From positions 1-45,144 of the forward strand of contig CAITSA010000004.1 in assembly GCA_903894955.1 (NCBI GenBank): 45,144 nt of DNA. Direction: 5' to 3'. Under the pieces are notes generated by a model that worked only from the letters and a program-made list of their open reading frames with translations, was not told the DNA's origin and searched no databases. The translations under genes were made by a program, and so were the position numbers. The DNA is from an uncultured bacterium (lineage in GTDB: Bacteria > Patescibacteriota > Minisyncoccia > Phycocordibacterales > UBA9973). This document shows, in pieces, positions 7,954 through 17,300 of the stretch (the stretch's first letter is position 1; every line of letters starts with the position of its first letter).

Positions 7954-9135
7954 TTAATTTAATCTTAAAATAGCAGATTTACTATGAGCATTTAACCCTT
8001 CAACTGATGCAAGGTTGGCGGTAATTTTACATAATTTTTTTGCTCCTGTTTTGGTTATATATTGGTAAGTTTGTATCTTGATGAAATCTTTAACGGATAA
8101 TCCTCCCGTATATTTTGCAGCTTTGCCAGTAGGAAGAACATGATTTGTTCCACTGCAATAATCTCCAAAAGCAACTGCTGAATAACCACCCAAAAATAAA
8201 GAACCATAATTTTTTAGTTTATTCAAAAATCTTTTAGGATTCTTGATTTGCAACTCTAAGTGTTCAGGGGCAAATTCATTTGCTATTTTTATAGTATCTT
8301 CTAACTTTTTGACCTTAATTATCTTTAAATTTTTTAGAGATTGTTTTGCTATGTTTTTAGTCGTTATATTATTTAATTGAGTTTTTAATTCTTTCTTAAC
8401 TTCTCTAATCAATTTTAGAGAATCTGTAACAAAAACAAGTTCTGCATTAAAATCATGTTCTGCTTGTGCTAATAAATCTGCTGCTATAAAAACAGGATTT
8501 GCCCATGCATCAGCTATAATCATAATTTCACTTGGACCAGCCAAAAAATCTATTCCGCAATCTCCATATATCTTTTTCTTTGCCTGAGTTACATAAATAT
8601 TACCAGGACCAACTATTTTATTTACTTTTGGTATAGTTTTAGTTCCATAAGCCATGGCAGCTATTGCTTGAACACCACCGATTTTATAAATTGAACTAGC
8701 CCCTGCAAAATGTGCAGCAACTATTACTTCTGGTTTAATTTTTGGTGAACAAGCAATAATATTTTTTACTCCAGCTATTTTTGCTGGGATTATACACATT
8801 AAAGCTGTTGAAAGTAGCGGGTAACTTCCACCGGGTATATAAACCCCGACTTTCTCAATTGGTATTATTTTTTGACCGAGTATCACCTCGTCTTTTTTAT
8901 ATTCAAAATTTTTAAATTGTTTATATTGTTCTTTTGCAAATCTTTCTATATTTACAGCAGCCAATTTTATTGTTTCTAAAGTTTTTTTATCTATATTTTT
9001 ATATGCTTCTTCTATTTCTTTTCTGCTAACTTTAAAGGACTTAATCTTTTCTCCATCAAAAATTTTCGTGTATTTGTTTACAGCCTTATCGCCATTTTTC
9101 CTCACATCTTCTATTGTAGAACTTACTATTTTCAT
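7954..9135 (-). CDS. hisD: Histidinol dehydrogenase
   Basis: YIPGG, GGVQAIAAMAYGT, GPGNIYV, AGPSE, AQAEHD, APEHL, GDY..GTNHVLPT, EGLNAH. Confidence 0.93.
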   Translation of the reverse strand: MKIVSSTIEDVRKNGDKAVNKYTKIFDGEKIKSFKVSRKEIEEAYKNIDKKTLETIKLAAVNIERFAKEQYKQFKNFEYKKDEVILGQKIIPIEKVGVYIPGGSYPLLSTALMCIIPAKIAGVKNIIACSPKIKPEVIVAAHFAGASSIYKIGGVQAIAAMAYGTKTIPKVNKIVGPGNIYVTQAKKKIYGDCGIDFLAGPSEIMIIADAWANPVFIAADLLAQAEHDFNAELVFVTDSLKLIREVKKELKTQLNNITTKNIAKQSLKNLKIIKVKKLEDTIKIANEFAPEHLELQIKNPKRFLNKLKNYGSLFLGGYSAVAFGDYCSGTNHVLPTGKAAKYTGGLSVKDFIKIQTYQYITKTGAKKLCKITANLASVEGLNAHSKSAILRLN

Positions 9136-9221
9136 ATTTTAAAATCATAGCAGAGTAGAACTGAAAAGTCATTATTTTTTATAGATATTTTATAAAATTC
9201 TAATTTAGATGAAAGGTAATA

Positions 9222-10499
9222 TCAGAATTTGAGTATTTTGAGAAATTTGGCTTTTTCAAGATTTTCTTCGAAAGGTCCAATGAGCGCTAAATTGAGTTTG
9301 TTATTTTGGAAAATATCCTTAGCTAAGTTTTGAATTTCGCTGGCTGTTACTTTGCGTATTTTCTCTGCTCTATTTTCCACACTTTTGATTTCACGTTTTA
9401 AAAGTTCTTGTCCTCCAAAAAAATTTGCAATGTCATCACTTGCCTCTAATGAGAGTTTCATATTCCCTATCAAGCATTCCTTTACTTTATTTAATTCTTC
9501 TTCGTCTACTTTTTCTTTTTTTAGAATATTACATTCATGCAGTACGGCCTTGATTACTTCTTCTATCCTTTTATTGTCCACCCCAGCAGAAATTTGAAAA
9601 AATCCATGGTCAGTATAAGTATCATTGTAGGCATGAACATAATAACCAACACCCATCTCTTCACGAAGCTTTTGAAAAAGTCTTGAACTCATTCCCCCTC
9701 CTAAGCACCCTCCCAATACTGTAAGCACAGCACTTTTCTTACTAAATAAATTTAAACTCCGTACTCCTAAAACAAAATGTGTCTGATCTGTTTTTTTGAA
9801 ATTAATTAACACTCTCGGACTTTTTTGTCTTTCTTGTACTTTCACCTTCCCTACTTTTTTGCCCCGTTTTATTTTTCCAAAAATTTTATTTACTTCACTC
9901 ATTACTTGCTTCTCTCCCACTCCCCCAGCTACAACTAAAACTGTAGCCTCTGGTAAATAATGAGCTTTTTTATACGTGACAAAATCATCCCTCTTCATTT
10001 TTAAAATATTTTTTTTCTCGCCAGCGATATTCCAGCCCGCAGGAGTATCCCCATAAAGTAATTTCATAATTAAGTCTTGCACATGTCTTTGAGGCATATC
10101 TTCATACATATTTATCTCTTCTATAATTACCCCTTTTTCTTTTTGCATCTCAACGTCAGGAAAAGTGGAATTTAAATAAATATCTGAAACAATATCAAAA
10201 ATCTTACTAAAATGTTTAGCGTCGGACTTCGCATAATATCCCGTGTATTCTTGAGCGGTAAAAGCATTATATTGGCTACCCAGAGCATCTAATTCTTTGG
10301 AAATATCAATAGCTTTAGGTCTTTTGTTTGTACCCTTAAAACACATATGTTCCAAAAAGTGTGAAATTCCATTCACCTTTTTTGTTTCGTATTTTGAACC
10401 TGCTTCCACCAACACCAACACTGTCGCTGTTCCATTATCTTTCATTGGAACAGTAACAACCCGTAGTCCATTCTTTAAAACTTTTTTTGAAAATTTCAT
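9222..10499 (-). CDS. M16 family (pitrilysin/insulinase) Zn peptidase
   Basis: Inverted zinc motif HFLEHMCFKGT, NAFT, EKGVIIEEI, SSRLFQKLRE. Confidence 0.95.
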   Translation of the reverse strand: MKFSKKVLKNGLRVVTVPMKDNGTATVLVLVEAGSKYETKKVNGISHFLEHMCFKGTNKRPKAIDISKELDALGSQYNAFTAQEYTGYYAKSDAKHFSKIFDIVSDIYLNSTFPDVEMQKEKGVIIEEINMYEDMPQRHVQDLIMKLLYGDTPAGWNIAGEKKNILKMKRDDFVTYKKAHYLPEATVLVVAGGVGEKQVMSEVNKIFGKIKRGKKVGKVKVQERQKSPRVLINFKKTDQTHFVLGVRSLNLFSKKSAVLTVLGGCLGGGMSSRLFQKLREEMGVGYYVHAYNDTYTDHGFFQISAGVDNKRIEEVIKAVLHECNILKKEKVDEEELNKVKECLIGNMKLSLEASDDIANFFGGQELLKREIKSVENRAEKIRKVTASEIQNLAKDIFQNNKLNLALIGPFEENLEKAKFLKILKF

Positions 10500-11837
10500 T
10501 TAATCTATTTTCTCTTTAATGTAATTTTTTAAATCAGTTACTTTTATTCTTTCCTGCTCGCCTGTATCTCTATCTCGCACGGTCACCGTGTCGTCAGAAA
10601 GTGTATCAAAATCAACCACTATACAAAAAGGTGTACCGATTTCATCTTGTCGACGATAACGCTTACCGATATTGCCATTGTCATCCCAAGCTACTCGTCC
10701 AAACTCGGCCTTAAGAGGAGCATAAACTTTTGTATTAGCATATTCCACAAGTTCTGGCTTATTTTTGAGAAGCGGTGAAACAGCACAAATCACCGGCGCA
10801 ATACTAGGTTTAAACTTAAGATAAACTCTCTTTTCTTTTTCACCTGCCCCGTCGGAAGCTTGCTTTCCTTCGGGGTCTTCACTATAAGCAGAAAGTAAAA
10901 CTGCAAGCAAGGCTCTCCCCACTCCAAAAGTCGGCTCAATGACGTGTGGCACTGTTTTTCCTCCTTCTTCTTCATCTATATAATCTAATTTGTGAGTTTT
11001 TAAATCAAAATCTGCGCGATAAGCTAAGCCAAAAAGTTCTTTATTGCCAAAGGGAAAATCAAAATAAAAATCAATAGTTCGGCTGGAATAATGTGCTCTG
11101 TCTTCTTTTGAAACTTCCAGCTCATGCACTTTCCCCATATCAATACCTACTTCTTCCATCCAGTCGAGCATTTCTCCTTTCCAATATTCAAAATATTTTT
11201 CCCAATCTGTTGGTCGAATAAAATATTCTATTTCCATTTGTTCAAATTCGCGAACTCTAAAAATAAAATCACGTGGGGCTATCTCATTTCTAAAAGCTTT
11301 CCCTATTTGCGCCATCCCAAAAGGAATTTTGGGATGAAAAGCATCTACGGTGTTTTTAAAATTTACAAACATCCCTTGGGCTGTTTCTGGTCGCAGATAT
11401 GATATGGAAGTACTTTCTTCGGTAGCGCCAATATGAGTTTTGAACATCATATTAAATTGCTGGACCTCGCCAAAACCCCCTCCACAATCAGGACATTTTT
11501 TCGCATCTTCAATTTGATCAGTACGAAATCGATGATGACATTTTTTACATTCTACTAAAGGATCGTGGAAACCTTCCACGTGCCCAGAGGCTTGCCAGAC
11601 TTCCGGACGCATTAAAATCGCCGCATCGACACCATACATATCGCGCCTGCTATCAACAAATTTTTTCCACCAATTTTGAGTAATATTATTTCTTAAAGCC
11701 ACACCAAAATGTCCTAAATCCCAAGTACCTGCCAAACCACCATAAATCTCCGAACCTTGAAAAATAAACCCGCGTCTTTTACAAAGCGAACTTATTTTTT
11801 CCATTAAATTATCTTCTTGGTTTTTTATTGCTTTCAT
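10500..11837 (-). CDS. glyS: Glycine--tRNA ligase, alpha2 type
   Basis: YLRPETAQG, GKAFRNEI, FRVREFEQME, HVIEPTFGVGR, IGKRYRRQDEIGTP. Confidence 0.97.
   Translation of the reverse strand: MKAIKNQEDNLMEKISSLCKRRGFIFQGSEIYGGLAGTWDLGHFGVALRNNITQNWWKKFVDSRRDMYGVDAAILMRPEVWQASGHVEGFHDPLVECKKCHHRFRTDQIEDAKKCPDCGGGFGEVQQFNMMFKTHIGATEESTSISYLRPETAQGMFVNFKNTVDAFHPKIPFGMAQIGKAFRNEIAPRDFIFRVREFEQMEIEYFIRPTDWEKYFEYWKGEMLDWMEEVGIDMGKVHELEVSKEDRAHYSSRTIDFYFDFPFGNKELFGLAYRADFDLKTHKLDYIDEEEGGKTVPHVIEPTFGVGRALLAVLLSAYSEDPEGKQASDGAGEKEKRVYLKFKPSIAPVICAVSPLLKNKPELVEYANTKVYAPLKAEFGRVAWDDNGNIGKRYRRQDEIGTPFCIVVDFDTLSDDTVTVRDRDTGEQERIKVTDLKNYIKEKID
10843..10876. repeat. 34-nt hairpin element in frame in glyS (TGCCCCG...GGGGT family)
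   Basis: 26/34 identical to the ileS copy at 15771-15804; encodes PEGKQASDGAG. Confidence 0.8.
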
Positions 11838-11846
11838 TTTTTGTAA

Positions 11847-13778
11847 CTAATTAACTACGATACCACCACCCTGAGGCAAAGCTGTGTCATTATCAAGCTT
11901 CGTCGTAAGCCTTATTTTTTTTACTGTTACATCCACATTAGCAAAATCATCATGTCCAGTCAAAACTGCATCATTTATAATAACCGGGAGAGTATCAACT
12001 TGAGAAATTGAAGGCTTAAAAGAAACCTGAAAAGAAACACTGCGGGCAGGAGCTGTAATTCCAGAACCTTTTGGTATTCTGTCTATATTCCAAATTATTT
12101 CTTTAGTAAAAGCATTATAGGTTAAATTTTCATTCTGCGGAGAAATTGGTCCTACAAAGTTCACCCATGAAGGAAGAGTGGTAGTTATCTGCGCTTTGGA
12201 AATACTATTAGCGGTATTAGAAAGAGTCCACACCACGGTGTAAGTTGTCGCTTGGTCAACTTTAGGAGGTATCGGGCCAGTATTCACAAAAGGTCCAGAA
12301 TAATAAAGTGCTTTCCCAGAAAAACCAACATCCGAAATAATTCGAATAATCGCTCCAGTCGAATTATCAAGTTCGTTGACATCAGAACCCTCAACCGCCT
12401 GTTTACCAGAAATACTGACATCTATATTAACAGAAGGATCGGTTAATATTACACCAGCCGTCGAGAACGAAGAAGCTGGAGAAAAAGAAAAGGCCACAGA
12501 ATCTGAGTCACCCGAATTTATTTCTGCCATTTGACTTTTAGAATTTTTATCCCAAGTGATTGTATCACTAGATGAATCATAAAAACCTTGTTGTGCATTT
12601 ATGGTCTTACGATTAAAAGCATTTCCGGAAATTTTTGCCTTTATTTGTAAATCATTTACCTTAGTGTCTAAATTATTAGCATAATGAATTTCTGCGCTTA
12701 TTGAAGTCTTGGCATCTATCGCATATTCTCTTTGATATACACCATTAATAAAAAGATTTGCTTCAATGAAAGGTTTTTTAATTGCTACAATACTTTTGAT
12801 TGAATTAAAAATAACATTAATAATAGATTTATCTGTATCTGACTGTGATCCACTTGAAATATTAAAAGTTTTTTCTTCTCCATCAAAAACATCCACCATC
12901 TTACCAGAGATTGAGATATCATGTTCCACTCCAGGAACAATGTCACCCAGATTCCAAACATTATTACCAAAAGAAGGTGCTGGCACAGAATTTTTAAAAG
13001 TAAATCCCAACGGATAATCAACCTTAACTAATATGTTAGGAGTTGCTTTAGTGGCGTTAAGGGTAGCTTTCACATTGAAGGTAATGTCTTGATTAGGACT
13101 GATGGTAAGTGGGGCATCTACCGAAAGATTGATGGGGGTAGAGCGTATTGTTACTTCATAAGGTTTTTCTTTGACAAAAATAGCATTGGACCCAGCTACT
13201 CGATATTCAATACTTATTTTTATTGGAATAATGCTCCCCTGTTCTCCAAAAAGCACCATTTTTACATTTTCATTTCGGACGGCTCCAGCTGGGATTGTTC
13301 CTAGAGAGATGCGGAGATGTTCTGTGTCAGAAGATAAATCAGTAGCCGAACCTTTTGGGTATTCTAAAACAAGATCAACTAAATCAAGTTCGGAATTATT
13401 TCTGTTCACAATTCCAATAATCAGTGGAAGCTCGTCACCCCCCGCTGTAAAATTATTTCCAAGTATGGAAATATCAATATTATTATTAGAAACAGTATTT
13501 CCTCCAGCAAAAAAAACAAAAGCTGCATAGCCTAAAGTTAAAACAAAGAAAATTACAGAAAAAATAAAAAATTTCTTAAAACCAGATGTTTTCATAAAAA
13601 ATTTCTCTTGAGCATCAAACTCAGTTTCTTCTTTTGTCTCCCAAGAATCAACGATTTCATTTTTAGGAACATAGGAAAAAATATCTCGATGCTCTATTTT
13701 AGTCTGATAATTTTTACTAAAAAGCTTACTTTTTAAATCTTCAAGCCTGTTAAGCTTATTCATATCATCTAACGACAT
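11847..13778 (-). CDS. Membrane-anchored hypothetical protein with beta-sandwich (DUF11/Ig-like) extracellular domains
   Basis: Single N-terminal TM segment followed by Ser/Thr/Asn-rich beta-type sequence (YPLGFTF..SVP, TTYTVVWTLSN). Confidence 0.6.
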   Translation of the reverse strand: MSLDDMNKLNRLEDLKSKLFSKNYQTKIEHRDIFSYVPKNEIVDSWETKEETEFDAQEKFFMKTSGFKKFFIFSVIFFVLTLGYAAFVFFAGGNTVSNNNIDISILGNNFTAGGDELPLIIGIVNRNNSELDLVDLVLEYPKGSATDLSSDTEHLRISLGTIPAGAVRNENVKMVLFGEQGSIIPIKISIEYRVAGSNAIFVKEKPYEVTIRSTPINLSVDAPLTISPNQDITFNVKATLNATKATPNILVKVDYPLGFTFKNSVPAPSFGNNVWNLGDIVPGVEHDISISGKMVDVFDGEEKTFNISSGSQSDTDKSIINVIFNSIKSIVAIKKPFIEANLFINGVYQREYAIDAKTSISAEIHYANNLDTKVNDLQIKAKISGNAFNRKTINAQQGFYDSSSDTITWDKNSKSQMAEINSGDSDSVAFSFSPASSFSTAGVILTDPSVNIDVSISGKQAVEGSDVNELDNSTGAIIRIISDVGFSGKALYYSGPFVNTGPIPPKVDQATTYTVVWTLSNTANSISKAQITTTLPSWVNFVGPISPQNENLTYNAFTKEIIWNIDRIPKGSGITAPARSVSFQVSFKPSISQVDTLPVIINDAVLTGHDDFANVDVTVKKIRLTTKLDNDTALPQGGGIVVN

Positions 13779-13798
13779 ACTATGATTATACCATCATT

Positions 13799-14377
13799 TT
13801 ATAAATGCGTCTCTTTAAGAGCTTTATTTATTTGACGTAACACTTGAGACCTTGATTTTGAAAATTCAAATATTAAATTCTCTTCAAATGGAGATTTGAT
13901 TATACTTTGCAAAGCTTTGTCTCCACCAATATAACCCAGATTGTCTAACATTCGCAAAACAATAAGGGCTTCAACGTTACGTAAATGTTCCGCTTTAGCT
14001 TTTTCTAAAACAGTCAAACCATTTATTAAATCAACAAACAAAGCTTCGTTCGGCTCTATCCCCGCAAGTAATCTTTTTAACAATTTAGCAATGTTGAAAA
14101 AAACTTCAAAAGTTCCATGATTTTTTACAATTTGTTCTAACTTGTTTGTCTTTGAAGCGCTAGTTAAACGCCAAAAATCTTTCCCTTGCACAAGGTCTAT
14201 TTTCACATAAGCAAAGTCTTGCAATACAAAACGCAATTTCGAAGACATTTTACGAACCCCTTGCGCTGAGGCATAAACCATACCCAAGTCACGAGTAAAA
14301 ATAGAGTAATATTTTCCAGCTTCACCGTAATTTTTACTCCCTAAAATTAAACCCTGCGTGTGATAAATATGATGCAT
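13799..14377 (-). CDS. recO: DNA repair protein RecO
   Basis: HTQGLILGSKNYGEA, IFTRDLG, AQGVRKMSSKLR, LGY. Confidence 0.88.
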   Translation of the reverse strand: MHHIYHTQGLILGSKNYGEAGKYYSIFTRDLGMVYASAQGVRKMSSKLRFVLQDFAYVKIDLVQGKDFWRLTSASKTNKLEQIVKNHGTFEVFFNIAKLLKRLLAGIEPNEALFVDLINGLTVLEKAKAEHLRNVEALIVLRMLDNLGYIGGDKALQSIIKSPFEENLIFEFSKSRSQVLRQINKALKETHL

Positions 14378-14383
14378 TTTATT

Positions 14384-17300
14384 CTATTTGATCACGAAAT
14401 TTTTTAATTCTAAGATTATAGGAGCAATAGACTCATTGTTTATATCCTCTGGTTTTATTTTACATTTTGCAAAAATTTGTTTTTCAATTTGTCTTATGGC
14501 ATTTTCAAATGCGTCTCGTTCAGGCGTATTTTCTTTATGATGTGCATAGCGCTTTCTTAAATCCACAAGTCTTTGTTCTATACTTACTACGCCAAAAATC
14601 CCCACGCGTTCATCACAGTAATCAACGATTTTTTTACCCCAATCCATAGCAGAAGAAATATCGGGTGCACCTAGAAAACTAATGGAATTGATTAATTCCA
14701 CTACGCGTTCACTCACGTTTATTTCTTTGGCAATTTTTGAGTGAGCAGAATATTCATTTTTGCCATATTTTTTAATGTACTCATTTTGAACATTTTGCCA
14801 ATATTCTATTCCTTCTGGTTCATTAAGTTCAGAAAAATAATTTAAGTCAAATTTAATAATATTTCCCATATCGTGAAGCAGGCAGGCAGTGATAATTTCT
14901 TCTTTTGGTAACGGCTCGGTAAAATTATCACAAATCAAAGATGCCACTGCCGCCGTTCGGAGCATATGTTCCTGCAAGCTCGGCATGATTTTATATTTTT
15001 TATATATTGTTTCAATAGGAAGAGGCATCTTGTCTCCTGGGTTAAGACCGAGCTTTTTTCTTTGATCTTGAAGCTCTCGCATAAACTCACGATACTCCCC
15101 CTCTGCTTTGAGTGCTGGAGTAATATTTATATCGAGTTCTACTTCTGTTTTTAAATTTTTATTTTCTAAAATATCTTTTACATTTATTTCATCTTTTATC
15201 AGATCAGCAAATTCTTTTCCTAAAACAAAATTCTTAACTTCTAGTTTAGAAAGTGGTTGACGCACTTTTAATCCAGCTTTTTGTCTAGCTTCAAGCCCCA
15301 AAGTTACAATTTTTCTGACTATCTCCATATTGTCTATAACCCCCTCCTTCTCCTCCCCTTTATTAAGGAGGAGGTTGGGTAGGGGTATAATTCCAAAAAG
15401 TTTTAATTGTTTAGCAGGCCAATTTTCCAAATGCACACTTTCTTTATCACTATCTGTTTTTAATTTCAGCCAAATATCTTCTGCTGTAAACGGAGCAAAG
15501 GGAGCCATAATTTTAGTAAGAGTTTTTAGTACAAAATATAAAGTCGCTCTTGCCCCGTCCTCTTTGGCGGGGTTTGTTACCTCTTCTTTAATACGCTCAC
15601 GGGAACGACGTAAATACCAAGTAGAAAGGTCGCCAATAAAATCTTTTATTCCTCTGACGGGTTCCAATAATTTATAATCATCCATTTTCTTTGTAGATTC
15701 ATCAATCAATTCATCTAATCGCGCTAAAATCCATTGGTCAAGCACATTTTTTGACTTGGGTTTATCTCGACTTGCCCCGTAGCGAGCTTGCTCTGCTATG
15801 GGGTAAAGTTCATAAAACGCAAGTACGTTATAGAGCAAAGTAAAAACTTGTTGATGTAGTAAGGAAACAGTTTTTTCATCAAAATTTTTAGATTCACCTG
15901 GTTGATTAACCGAGTACATCCAGAGACGAAGTGTGTCGACACCATATTTATCCATCGCATCCCATGGATCAACAATATTACCGAGAGATTTAGACATTTT
16001 CTTCCCTTTCGCATCTAGTAAATGTCCTAAGCAAATGACATTTTTATAAGCTTTCCCTCGTCCCATCAATACCCCAACAGCATGAAGGGTATAAAACCAT
16101 CCTCGAGTCTGGTCAATCGCTTCAGAGATAAAATCAGCAGGATAACCCACACCGTCTACCCATTTTTTATTCTCAAATGGATAATGATCTTCCGCAAAAG
16201 GCATACAGCCAGAATCTAGCCAGACATCCATCACTTCTTTAGTTCTTACTAAATTTCCACCACAGGAACAAACAAGTTTTACTTCATCAATATATGGTCG
16301 GTGTAAATCAAGTTCATAATCTTCATTATGTGGAAGGGGTACAAAATCAAGTTCTACCACTTTAGCATTAGGAAAATCTATAGTTTTATTTATTAAATGT
16401 TTGGTTGTTTCAGCATCATTTAATCCCTTTATCCCAGCTGAAAGCATATTGGCCGGTCCCTCATGAGTAACAATTAAAATATTTCTATCTTTGTATTTAT
16501 TTTCAATATCATAAAGAAAACTTGTCATTCTTGATTTAACTTCTTTGCAAGATTCCCCATTCTTTGGTACACAAAGATACCAATCTTGTTTGGACTTAAA
16601 ATCAAAGTATTCTTCCCATGTTTTTCCGTTAAAAATTCCAGTATTTATTTCTCTAATTCTCTTATCAAAAATAAAATTGTTATTTTCAATTTCTAATTCT
16701 TTTTTTACAATTTCTGCAGTTTCTTTAGTTCTCGTAAGATCAGAGGAAATTATTAAATCTATTTTTTTATTTTTTATTTCAGAAATGGAATTCAAAACCT
16801 GTTTCTTTCCTGCTTTGGTTAAATGATCTGCACCTCCAACTTCTGAACTTATTATATATTTTACATTGCTTTCTGCCTCACCATGTCTCATCACAAAATA
16901 TTTGTTACCAGATTTTTTTGTTTTTTCTTTTATTTCTTGAATGCTGCCAATAACCTCAACCTTCTTGCAAGTTTCACAAACCCAAACTGGAAGGGGTGTA
17001 CCCCAATATCGTTCACGAGAAATTGCCCAATCTTTTATCTCCTCCAACCATTGTCCAAAACGCCCATCGCGAATATGCGCTGGCTCCCAATTTATTTCTT
17101 TATTCTCCTTAATCATCTTTTCTTTTATTTTTGGATCAGAAACTTTGATATACCAAGAATCTCGAGCATAATAAATAAGCGCTGTTTTACATCTCCAACA
17201 ATGAGGATAAGAGTGTTCATATTTTTCTTTTTTTAACAAAAGTCCTCTATGGGCTAAATCTTTAATAATATCAACGGCTACTTCTTCGTCCCGCACAAAT

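Noticed and set aside
9222-9224. Alternative genetic code (TGA = Gly) as in some CPR lineages
   Set aside because: TGA ends genes at expected positions (M16 peptidase, tpiA) and the long ORFs are intact under code 11.
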